Shown here piece after piece: positions 34,101 to 45,700 of a DNA stretch of 64,000 nt (positions are counted from its first letter, which is position 1; every line of letters begins with the position of its first letter). The notes under the pieces are model-generated. The model saw nothing but the letters and a program-made list of their open reading frames with translations. It was not told where the DNA came from and made no database searches. The position numbers and the translations under genes were made by a program. Where the stretch lies: positions 41,775 through 105,774 of the forward strand of contig PDIP01000130.1 in assembly GCA_002811645.1 (NCBI GenBank). Reading direction: 5' to 3'. Origin of the DNA: Corallochytrium limacisporum Hawaii (Eukaryota; Protista; Pluriformea).

Positions 34101-37100
34101 ATGTTTCGAGAGGTCTTCTGTCCGTGCCTTTGGCTGGAGACACTCCGTACGCAAATTCTCCGTCTTTATCGATAGAGACAAGTAAAACCAAATGAGTCGG
34201 GGAATAAGAAAATACACAGTTCGGTTGTCATAAGAATTTTAAAAGGATAGACATATTAGTGCGGAAGAGCCCGGTTCTGGGACGCAGCCATGGTGCAGTT
34301 AGGTACGCTCTCCGTGGTGGTTCGCGTCGGTGACACAACTCGAAAATGGGAATGCATATGGTATACCAATTTCACTGCGGCAGGGGAGAGATGGACAGTG
34401 TATGAAATACGAGCACACCACTCTGGCACAACTTACCAAGCTACCTATTTGTTTCGCTTTGCCCCTGTCTTGTCCGGTCCCCGGCCGAGAACATATCTCA
34501 TCGTTTGTGTTCGTAGTTTGCGAATCTCATTGACCCTTATGGTTTCTATACCGAATACCGCCGATACACAATCATGCACGCTTCAATAGGCAGATCATGT
34601 GCTTCGGATCTTTTGATTATGGGACGCTCACCAGCATCTCTGCGCCCTGCTTTTGGACATAGTCAGCCGCTATTTGAAGGCGTCGACTTCTTGTATTGTG
34701 TTTCGTGACTGCAAATTCTTTGGTCTGTCCATTAACCTTCCTTAGTCTTGCTCTTCTATTTCGATCATGCCTCCCGAGCCCGCCTGGAAGCAAGACGCGC
34801 CTTGACCGGTGTTAAGGCAGGCACCGACATCTCCAACAGTGCTCGTCCCTACTTGCAACGTTGCTGTTGTACTCTGCGGGTGCTGGGACAGATGAGATAG
34901 TGGATGGCTTTGTTATGATTTTCGATTACACAACATAGTCGCCAGTGTGGGCATAGTCGCCATTATTCGTGAGCCAGGGACAACTGTGTGGAGACTAGAC
35001 AATTCGGGGCCCAGACGAGTATTGCTACGGTTTACTCAATAAATTCCTATAAATCTCCGCTGCGCCTTGCGCATATACACGTATCATATACAAACCGATG
35101 AATAGCGTATCACTACACGGAAGCCGCGCATAGTTTCCGAAGGAAAGTCTAGAATTTCCGAGGGATATTGTCCATTTTCCCTCAAATTGAACTGAACTTC
35201 CGTAGACTTTGTTATGTTTTTTTACCGCCGAGCGGCCTCATGTGCTGGCAGTGTGTGCCGTTATAACCAGTGAGATGTGGTGCTGTCGACTTCATTGAGA
35301 AATCTTCGTGGTACTCTGACACCTACTGTGGCCGTTGTTGCCGGGTACCAGACAGTTTCACCTAGAGGCAAGAAACTTGTTCCCCAAATAGAGAAGAGTG
35401 TTTTTTGCCATCGTTGATAACGGTACAGACTTGGAAATCAGAGCGGGGTTACTTTGAAACATCCTGCGATATTGGGGAAGAGGAAGGGGGGGCTGTTTCG
35501 TATGGGTATTGGTCGCTCGGTTGTTGGAGACAAAAGCGGACTGGTTAGACTGGCTATTTATATATGACATCAGCTGTGGGCTCAATGGCCACACTGCTAT
35601 GATGACATGGGGGCCATTTAAACTCTGTTGGAAAGCGGCGTTGGGGGGGCCGGNNNNNNNNNNNNNNNNNNNNNNNNNNNNNNNNNNNNNNNNNNNNNNN
35701 NNNNNNNNNNNNNNNNNNNNNNNNNNNNNNNNNNNNNNNNNNNNNNNNNNNNNNNNNNNNNNNNNNNNNNNNNNNNNNNNNNNNNNNNNNNNNNNNNNNN
35801 NNNNNNNNNNNNNNNNNNNNNNNNNNNNNNNNNNNNNNNNNNNNNNNNNNNNNNNNNNNNNNNNNNNNNNNNNNNNNNNNNNNNNNNNNNNNNNNNNNNN
35901 NNNNNNNNNNNNNNNNNNNNNNNNNNNNNNNNNNNNNNNNNNNNNNNNNNNNNNNNNNNNNNNNNNNNNNNNNNNNNNNNNNNNNNNNNNNNNNNNNNNN
36001 NNNNNNNNNNNNNNNNNNNNNNNNNNNNNNNNNNNNNNNNNNNNNNNNNNNNNNNNNNNNNNNNNNNNNNNNNNNNNNNNNNNNNNNNNNNNNNNNNNNN
36101 NNNNNNNNNNNNNNCCCTGCTCCCCCGGGGGGGCATATTCCGTGGTCAACGGTGGCCAAAGTCGGTGAGGCAAGAGAAGAATGATTCGTGGTGAGTAGGA
36201 AGGTAGCATAGGGACCCGTTGGCTTGAAGACGAAGCGGGTGCTGAGTGTTCCTGCTTAGTTCTGTTTGCTGCGGGGAAGGAGGAAGTATGGAATGGACAA
36301 GAAGAGGCTGGTGCGCGAATTCCTGTACCATGTTCAAAGCCAAAGTTGCGCCTCAATGTGCAATTTAGGGGCGGCCTTACCCACGTACCCTCGAATTGCT
36401 CTGACCTAGACTGCACTCCACCATGCATGTTGGCTTATGGGCTCCGGATTTGCATGGTTCACCCATAGGAAAACCCATGTTCATGGCGGAGCGCAGAAGG
36501 AAGATGTCAGACAAAGGACCATCAGTGGAGAATCCGTTAGACACCAATTAGCTGTGCGAACTTTTTGGGTTCTTTGGGATCAGGTCCTGAAAGCCACAAG
36601 GTGTATGTGACTCACATCCTCTACGAGCCGTCCATCCCGTTCGCCGCTCGGCTATATCTGCTGCTGTTCAATGAGTTATGTTCGGGATGGGCATGGTCAC
36701 AACCAGGGGTGGTGTAGATGCCAGTGTCTTGATATCGGTACGGAATGTTTCGCTATACGCGACGAATAGATATGTTGTTATAGAAAGTTGCTGCAGTTGA
36801 TTTGAGGATAACTTGAAGACATGCTACCTTTGAACCATTCACCGCAATAGTCACGGTCTCAATTCACTGCGATCTCCGACCTTTATTATCGATCTTGCAT
36901 CGACGATGACTGGGTTTGGTAGAGAATGTACATATCGGCAACCCAATTTTCGATCTGAGAGTAGCACTTTCTTAACGGCTTCTTCCCATTCCCGTTTATC
37001 TCTCGTCTGAGGAAAATAACTTTGGTTGAGGTTGCGGGAAACCTGTAGATCCACTCCCAACCCCTCGCCACACCGATTCTCTTGCTTCCTTCACTCACTC

Positions 37101-40100
37101 ACCCGACACAAAGAAAATAGGAGAGGAGTCAGAAAGAATGAAATGGAATGAAGAATTGCTTAGAGACCGCACTGTATGTGTAGCTTTTGGCTGACTCGCT
37201 CAGAGGGGGGGGTGAGGGCAAAACGAACACACAACCAAACAATCCCCACGGGTTTTGTACCGCAGCCCTGTTGGTAATCTGCATGGACGACGAGTTTGCA
37301 CACTTACATTCCTTACCAATATTCATCATTGTCTCCTAGACGGCCGCCACACACCCCTCCCGCCCGAAGCAGCTACGCAATCTGCTGGTACACAGACGAC
37401 AGTGAGCTTGTTCCTCCTTGAGGATGGTTTTTGCGGGTTTGATGGCGAACCAACAGTAATGGGTACGATACTACCATTTTTTCTTCTCACCAATGTATCC
37501 TTCTCCTTTCCTTTCCAGGGGAATCGAAACTATCACAATACACTGCGACAAATAGTAATAGAGAACATATAGACCATATCAGCGATGGCAATTGCCCATG
37601 TTAACCCCTTGTTGTAGTAGTTCTCGAATCGCCCCCGCTCAATTTACCGGACCATAGGAGACGACATCGAGCCCATGCAAAAAATGGGCTTGTCTTCGCC
37701 ATTCGGGGCTCAGCCCCTGTGATCCAGTGCAGTAGCGATCACCCCAACCTTTCCCTGTTTGGTTCACTTCCNNNNNNNNNNNNNNNNNNNNNNNNNNNNN
37801 NNNNNNNNNNNNNNNNNNNNNNNNNNNNNNNNNNNNNNNNNNNNNNNNNNNNNNNNNNNNNNNNNNNNNNNNNNNNNNNNNNNNNNNNNNNNNNNNNNNN
37901 NNNNNNNNNNNNNNNNNNNNNNNNNNNNNNNNNNNNNNNNNNNNNNNNNNNNNNNNNNNNNNNNNNNNNNNNNNNNNNNNNNNNNNNNNNNNNNNNNNNN
38001 NNNNNNNNNNNNNNNNNNNNNNNNNNNNNNNNNNNNNNNNNNNNNNNNNNNNNNNNNNNNNNNNNNNNNNNNNNNNNNNNNNNNNNNNNNNNNNNNNNNN
38101 NNNNNNNNNNNNNNNNNNNNNNNNNNNNNNNNNCTCTCTGATTCGTCGGTGAAAGAGATTGCTCCACAACATACAAGAAACTCGCTGAGGAGATCTAGAG
38201 ACGAGTATTATACCCTATGTCTGAAGTCACGTGGACGTGACCGGTACAGACACAAGTGTTTCGGAGTTATGTGCCCAAAACTCAAGTTATCCGACTGAAC
38301 CTGATTGACGTTTGTGGTGATGCGGAGATCGCTGTTCACCGTTGTTTTCCTTCCTTATTCATGCCTTTCGTTCTCTGATCCTGTGTGATCCAGAATGCCC
38401 GAAGGTGTGTCGGCTTCTTTTTTGGCATCAAGAAAGAAACTTCTGCCGGAGTCCGAGCATCGCGTCCCTTGCACTTTCACTTTGGCACCTTTTGGAAAGA
38501 ACTCTCTATTCGAGAGGGACGCAAAAGGGGGGGGGGGAGGGGCGGCCGCCGTCACACAGACTCGCCGCAAGTTTTGGATACCTTGCTAGCCGAAACTCAT
38601 GATTGAAGCTCTCTGTGAGAAGAACATCAGCGAAACCTCCCCGGCCCATTCGAAAATGACACAAATTGCATAGCGGCGGGTGCGACGCTCAGGCAATGTC
38701 ATCAGCTGCCTCAGCAGATCATGTACATTATTATTAAAGGTCCTGTTGGTGTGAAAGAAGGGGGCAATGGGAGCGCTCCCGAAATCCTATCGATTCATGC
38801 ACACACCCTTAACTGCCTTCTGTCCCTTGCTTGTTTTCTTCCCTTCTTTCTATCCTTATTTCTCGCGATTGAATGTGCTATATATGTTAAACGTTCTTCT
38901 TTTCTATTTTTTCTTCCTTTTTCACGCTCATTAATTTATCTTCCCTCAAGTGTCACAGCTCTATTCGTCATAGGAAAGGGCGCAAGCAGCCTGCAGCAGC
39001 AACTCCGAAACAGCCACACCATTATGCAAGCCTGCCTCAATACGGCCATCCCCAATACTTGTACGGCACCTACTGACTGACATACACTCTTTTCTGTGTG
39101 AAAAAGAGTGATGACCGGAGATACGGCGCTTTAAGTGTGTGTGGCTCCAATTTCTTCTGCGGTTGATAAATCCCTCCACACCCCGCCCAAGCAAAATTTG
39201 TGTGTGGCAGGCACCGTTATCTCGTCTCAGCGTAGCGGTGTCTCATATTCGATTGTTCTCAGCGTCTGGTGCACGGCTACAATTCATGAGTAATGAGTTC
39301 GTTAATAAAGCACCCATACGGGGCGGGCGGTTTGGGGAGTTGGGGAGGAGAGGGGGGGGGGCGAGAAACAACAGTGACCTACCTTCGGAACCGGAAAGGA
39401 GCGCAAGTTTTGGCCGGCGACAGGGGAACTGCCCCGGGGGTCAGGCCTGGGTCCTGTGAGCTCTTGGTTGTGTCTTTCTCGATCTGTGTGTGTGTGTGTG
39501 TGTCTGTGTGGTTCGAGTTCAGTCCCTCCCCAGATCTCTCCCCTAGCCTTCCGGATCCCCCCCTGGTCGGACCAGGGCGATCAGATACTATTCCACCATC
39601 CTGCACCGTTGACCAACTCAACAAGGTGCACAGCAGAAGCAAAGCAAATTGCCTCAAGTAACGACTACTCCTGTCCATCAATGAACCAACGCATGGGGCT
39701 CACAGCCGCGGCTAGTTGTGCAATCTTCTCCATTATTATTGCATACATCGCGATGCATGCACGATCTCAGTCCTTACAAACAACCCAAGCATTTTGTATT
39801 CCAATATCCCCAGCTATCCATAAGTTCTGCATGGCTCGTATGCTAGTCAAACATGGGCAGACACCGGTAAGAGGTGACTAACGAGGAAACGATTTCGGTG
39901 ATCAACACACGAGCTAGCACTCTGGACAAGGTACCCCGTGTGCACACTCTCTGTAGGTTATACTCGTCCTTGAATTCTTGGACTATTTGAACTCGTATTA
40001 CCGTAAATGCACACTTCGCACCTACTTCGTCGAGGATGCTTCATCATACCTCACATTGATGACACATTAAGGCTAGGGGAATATCTGATTAATGGCCACA

Positions 40101-40590
40101 CACTTTCTGTTGTCTGGAGTCGTTCTGCGAATTGGGAGCTGCTGCCGCCCATCCGGTGCGCTTGCGGTCTGCATAAAAGTGCTATCGGTTCACTACCGTG
40201 GAAACCGTGAAGCCACCGCGGCCCATTGCTTCAGTACCCATCGACGGCAACGCCAAACAAGTGGCCCGAAACAGTCATGAACCGCACCAAGCCTCATGAA
40301 GTTTTAACTGCTGCCATGCTGAGCATGCTGATGTCACTGTGTTTCTTCTGCTGTGCTGTGACCGTCATGCGATCGCTTTAATGGGGGGAAACTGGAGGAC
40401 ACCATGGCGGAGACGATATCATACCAGTAGGACACATGGTGACGATGTTGTTGCCGTTTTGTTGCCAACGGCGATTCACGAAAGATCGAAGATGCCCACA
40501 TTGCAACGATGGTGCATGTTTGCTGGATTTTGCAGGATTACGGGCAAATGTGAGGGCACGGCTGATGGCGATCAAGACAGGACCCAGTCT

Positions 40591-40635
40591 GTTGTCGGCA
40601 ATCCAAAGTTGTCGACAATCCAAAGTTGTCGGCAT
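40591..40635. repeat. 17-nt tandem repeat, about 2.6 copies
   Basis: GTTGTCGGCAATCCAAA GTTGTCGACAATCCAAA GTTGTCGGCAT. Confidence 0.85.
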
Positions 40636-42114
40636 ATATCCCCAGCATTGGTATGTGTGCGCAATAGAAGCGAAGCATTGACTCAGCCTCACTAAGATCG
40701 ACCGGGCCATCCAGCTGTAGAAGGACCATACTTCAAAGCCAGATACCCGAACTTGACACTGTAACGAAGGCGTAAGTCCTAGAGGATTGCTTACGTGGGC
40801 ACGGCGCGCTGGCTCGATTCTGCACACCGTCTAATTTGATGCGGAAGATGAGAGTGATCTGTGCTAGCAACCTACCAAACATGGAAAGGGGATGGGTTTA
40901 TGGATGGCCATACACAACCCAACCAAATAACACGGTCCTACATCAGATACCTGCGCACCTAGCCTCTTGTCACTTGACATGATGGAGAAATTTCCCAGAC
41001 ATGATGCGGAAATTGGCACACAAGTTCTCCTTGGTCCTTCCGTACACTGCGGTACGAGCACGAGTAGCGACCAGCATGCGCAACTTCACCACCAACCCGG
41101 TAGGATGCAACCACGATCACATCTGTAAAGGCTATATAGATGATGAGCATGGAGGACCCCGACCATCTCAGGAGACGAAGTGGGCGGAGTTGCCATCATG
41201 GCCAGTGGTCACAAGCAAAGTCTCCGATGCGCGCGCCCGACTGAGATTTTCCCGGGGGGTAACGGCCCCCCCCCCCCCGGGAGGAAGGGGTGTATTACAA
41301 TAAATAGGCCCCGTATTACAAGCTATTACATAGACTGAAAACCTATTTATTATGGGTTGGGTTGTGTGCCTGCGTCATACATTCACTACTAGATTTCGTA
41401 TGCGGGAGGAAGAGCACCGTGGCCCGTCGGGTAGTGTCACGTCCTCCTACTTGTTTCGATGATTCGCCCCCTTCTACCACAACTCATCCGATGCATTCAC
41501 TGCGAAAATCTCGCACCCACACGCTCCTTCAGCAAAATTTCCCTGTTCGGCAGGCCCGTTCCGGGAGTGTAGCAGAGGGAGTTGCTGGTTGACCCGGCGG
41601 GAAGGGTTGCACAACCCGGCCGCACCATTGGGGCAAGCACGTCGTTCCTGCGTTTTACTTCTCCTCGCTTCGGACTTTCGCCTCACCGGGGTGGGGGAAG
41701 GAAGAGGCAGATTCTGCGCCAATTGGTCGTTCACATTCTACGGGAACACAGGCACATCTACCAAATGCAAAACCACGTAGTCTCCACCGTTACATGTCAC
41801 ACCGCTATGGTATCGTTCGGTGCCCGCCTTCGCCAATCGGCATGCCGAAAAGTGAGAAGCTGGAGGAAACTCTGAGGCAATTAAGTCGCACACAGGGGGT
41901 GGGGTGGGGAGCTATGCCGACGGATCGGGTCTGTGTACTTTTCCTTTGATTTGAAGATGGCAATTAGTGATGAGGATGGTGGTGGTGGCCAAACAAAAAG
42001 ATTGGACAGTTAGACAGCGGGATGGTGGATGATGATGACGAACGGTTGCTTTTGTGTCTATTATGTTATGTACGTTGTGTGCTAGTAGGGGTTCAATTGT
42101 GTTGAATGTACAAG

Positions 42115-42750
42115 TTAGTTGGCGTAGATCTTGGGCAGCTGCTCAACCTGGTTCTTCCACTTGCTCTTCATGGCGTTGGACAGAGCAGCGGGGACGTTGC
42201 CACCGGCGTGGGTCTGCACGAAGCGGATGACTTCAATCTTGTTGTCGCCAACTGGGCGGGCAACGAAGCTGCCGCGGTAGCTGTTGGCGCGGACGCAGCT
42301 CTTGTAGGGGGCCTTGCGGTCGTCGACGAACTCGTCGCAGCTGAAGGAGACAAGGCCAAAGGTCTCGCCCTGGTTGCGCTTGCCGACGGAAATGAGCAGA
42401 TCCCGGTTGGACATAATCATGGGGGTCTTGAGCATCTGGTGAACGATGGAGTGCTCACCCCACTCCTCGAGGGTGGTGCGGTCCATCAAATCGGGCTCCA
42501 TGACCTTGGCTACAGACTTGTCGAGGACGTAGAGCTTTTCAATCAGGTCCTCGGCAGAGGGAAGGTCGTCAAAGGTCTGCTTAATGCGGCGGACGGGCAC
42601 CCCAGTGTCGTCAACGTGCTTCTCGTGCATGACGGCCTTGCCAGCCAGGACCTGGTTCCAGTCATCGGCATCAACCCAGTCGAGGACCTCGCCCCAGATG
42701 GTGTCGAGGTGGCTCTCGAGGGCCTTCTTGGTGTTCTCAGTGGCAGGCAT
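42115..42750 (-). CDS. START/SRPBCC lipid-binding domain protein
   Basis: TPMIMSNRDLL, SCVRANSY and QTHAGGNVP match the START pattern (P...RD, VRA, D.gG.iP). GC3-rich codon usage; accATG start. Confidence 0.8.
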   Translation of the reverse strand: MPATENTKKALESHLDTIWGEVLDWVDADDWNQVLAGKAVMHEKHVDDTGVPVRRIKQTFDDLPSAEDLIEKLYVLDKSVAKVMEPDLMDRTTLEEWGEHSIVHQMLKTPMIMSNRDLLISVGKRNQGETFGLVSFSCDEFVDDRKAPYKSCVRANSYRGSFVARPVGDNKIEVIRFVQTHAGGNVPAALSNAMKSKWKNQVEQLPKIYAN

Positions 42751-45700
42751 GGTTAGTGTAGGATAGGTGAATATTGAACCCGAGCGTTGCAAAGTAACTA
42801 TTGCTTGTTGGATCAAGTCTGGAAGTGGGTCCGATGTGGCGGGCCAGGGATCCTTAAATACCACGACCGGTCGAAGTTAGAGTCCAAGGCAAGATAAAAA
42901 ATCCTTTAGACACTTCATGAACACGGTCATCTGACATATGACTCAATTCCGGCCGCCAGCAAACAACAGACGTGCCTTACGCACCAAAATCGTCTGACAC
43001 AGAGTGGTCACAAGTCAGCCCCACACTGCAAGGCTTCAGGTGTGTTCTCCCAAGGCTACACTACTACTCTTCCGAAGAGGGAAAAGGAGGATCAGGACGG
43101 TTGTGTCGGACCCCCTCTGACGGGGCGCGGTTGTGCGAGAGTGAGTCGGTGAGATAACTTTGTTTGAGGCCCCCCCCCCCTCCTCGGGTTGATTTCGCAT
43201 CTAGTGTCGCGCAGTTTTGTTGTGCAAAAATGAGCCAAACCGACGCCCCGCATACGCACATTGGGTACGCAATGCTGACCCAAATAACACCGGGGCCAGT
43301 GTCTGACCCAACCCTTCCGAGGGCGAGGCAAGAAAAAAAAAGGGGGAGGGGGGGGGCAAGNNNNNNNNNNNNNNNNNNNNNNNNNNNNNNNNNNNNNNNN
43401 NNNNNNNNNNNNNNNNNNNNNNNNNNNNNNNNNNNNNNNNNNNNNNNNNNNNNNNNNNNNNNNNNNNNNNNNNNNNNNNNNNNNNNNNNNNNNNNNNNNN
43501 NNNNNNNNNNNNNNNNNNNNNNNNNGGAGGGGGGAGGGGGGAGGCCGGAAGAAAAAAATAAAGAACATGAGACTACGGTCGCTCACAGAGACACAACCCA
43601 GAGATTACGGGTCCCACAGAGTGGTTCCACTGCCGCGAGCCCGGGCGAACGTTTTTTTAGTGTGTGTGTGTGGGGGGTGCCATATTTGCTTCTTCACGTA
43701 GCACGCTTACCTGGCAATACGACATACTGAATGTACCGACTTTCAAGCCCTTGTCCTTCCCACTCCCCTTTTTCTCCCGGTGCTGACCACTCTTACCCTA
43801 AAAAGGAGGGGGGCCACATCCATCCGTACCAAAGGAAAAAATTATTGCACGGATTCGTATCGGACGCACCATTCATTCACTATCACATCGGTCTCCAACG
43901 GAAGCACCCTGGCCGAGGGAAGCAGATCAATTGCGGAGGGACCACTGCGGTGGAAATAACACAGGGAGAGGGGGAAAGCGGATGGAAAAAAAAGGGGGAA
44001 GGCCCGGGGCAGACCACCGGAGGAAAGGAAGACACCCTCCCTGCCTCCCCTTCCCCGGAGTACCTTCTACTGGGTCGCGCAGTGGTGCCTCCACATTTCG
44101 TCTGGATGGGAACGTAGGTGCCACAGACGACGAGGACAAAACGATTAGGGGGTGGGTTCTTGTATGTGTTCAAAAAAAAATAAAAAGGACAAAAAAAAAG
44201 AAAGGGAGGGTTTCGATGATGGCTTGGTTCCGGGAAACAAACGAGGAGAAAATCAACTACGTGCCTGTCAAACTGGCGCATCTCATCAGGCTCAGACCTT
44301 TGGCCCCCCCCCACGGCGGGCACACACATCGGACTTTTGACCATGATATTCCGATATCCCGGTCTCCTGAATTGGAACCGGTAAGAAGCGGTTACAATAT
44401 TAAATATGTGCTGTATTTTGATGGATCTGGTCGGGATTCGGTACCTTTTGAGACCTCCGACCCTGAATGAGACCACCATCCGCAACAGCAGCGCCCCCCC
44501 CCCCCTCCGCTTCTTTCAAACCTNNNNNNNNNNNNNNNNNNNNNNNNNNNNNNNNNNNNNNNNNNNNNNNNNNNNNNNNNNNNNNNNNNNNNNNNNNNNN
44601 NNNNNNNNNNNNNNNNNNNNNCTTTTGAGCCCTCCGACCCTGAATGAGACCCCCATCCGCAACAGCAGCGCCCCCCCCCCCCCTCCGCTTCTTTCAAACC
44701 TTCCCCGCGCGCGACTCCCGTGAAAAAGGGGAAGCGTCGGCGGACATAGCAGATAACGGCATCTGCCACATCCGGTCGGTTCCAGTACCTACCTCCGCTA
44801 CGGGAAGTTGTCTTACGCAATCTACATCTGACCCGTGCTGTACATTTTTCAACGGGGTGTGCGCGCGTTTTCGCGGACGAGAGGGTGGTGGTGGGGTGGG
44901 TTTCCTTGAAAATGTGCGTGCCCGGTTGAGTGAATTTCAAGGGAATATTTATACAGGACGAGTCGCAGGACTACTACTCAGCAGTATCGAACGGAACCGG
45001 ACCGCCTCCTCGCGCTGATGGAAAAGAAAAGATGGGTCTCCCGTGTCGTGCAGCAGATCTCGGACTCCTTCTTTCACTTTCTGTCGTTTCTTCCCTTTTG
45101 GTTCCCCTCTCCCCCCCTCCTTTTGCTTATTCTTTTCTGGCTTTTCTTTGGTTTTTACATTCTTTTCGGGCTTGAACACAGTGGAGGAGAAGGTTTTTTT
45201 CTTCTTCTTCTTCTTCCTTTTGGTGCAGACGGACAACTTTGCAAGGGTTGCAACTCTTCTCCCCCTCATCTCCACTGCAAGCGCTCGTTTTTTTCATCAT
45301 TTTTTTCGGGCATTTTGAAGGGCCCGTTGCCAGCCGACTTCCTGAGCACCCAAGAAACCCAACTGCGATCTATACAGTGCCGTAGTAAATGTACTAGAAA
45401 AATTTTGTTGTTAGGTAAGAGCCTACTCCAGCAGCCGTTCAAAAAAAAACCCTTTATTTTTGCTTCCTTCCAAAGAGATCGATGCCAAGCACCGCACCAC
45501 CCGGAGCAACAGTAGAGTCCTTCCAAGCCACTTTCCCGGACACCAGTAGTACTACAGGTCACCGTACTGGAACAGCAATAGCCAAAAACTCCCCGTTCTC
45601 AAAAATCTGTTCCAGGTTGCGCTGTGTGGATTTTTTTTTTGTTCCGGGATAACGGTGTGGTGGAGGCCCTTGGCCTTCCCAATATAGTGAATTGAAGACG

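Noticed and set aside
35064-35105. Resemblance to the 5' end of U4 snRNA
   Set aside because: The U6-pairing segments and a properly placed Sm site are missing.
44445-44702. About 80-nt direct repeat either side of an N gap
   Set aside because: Both copies abut the gap and differ only by A/C changes near a C homopolymer, typical of an unmerged contig overlap.
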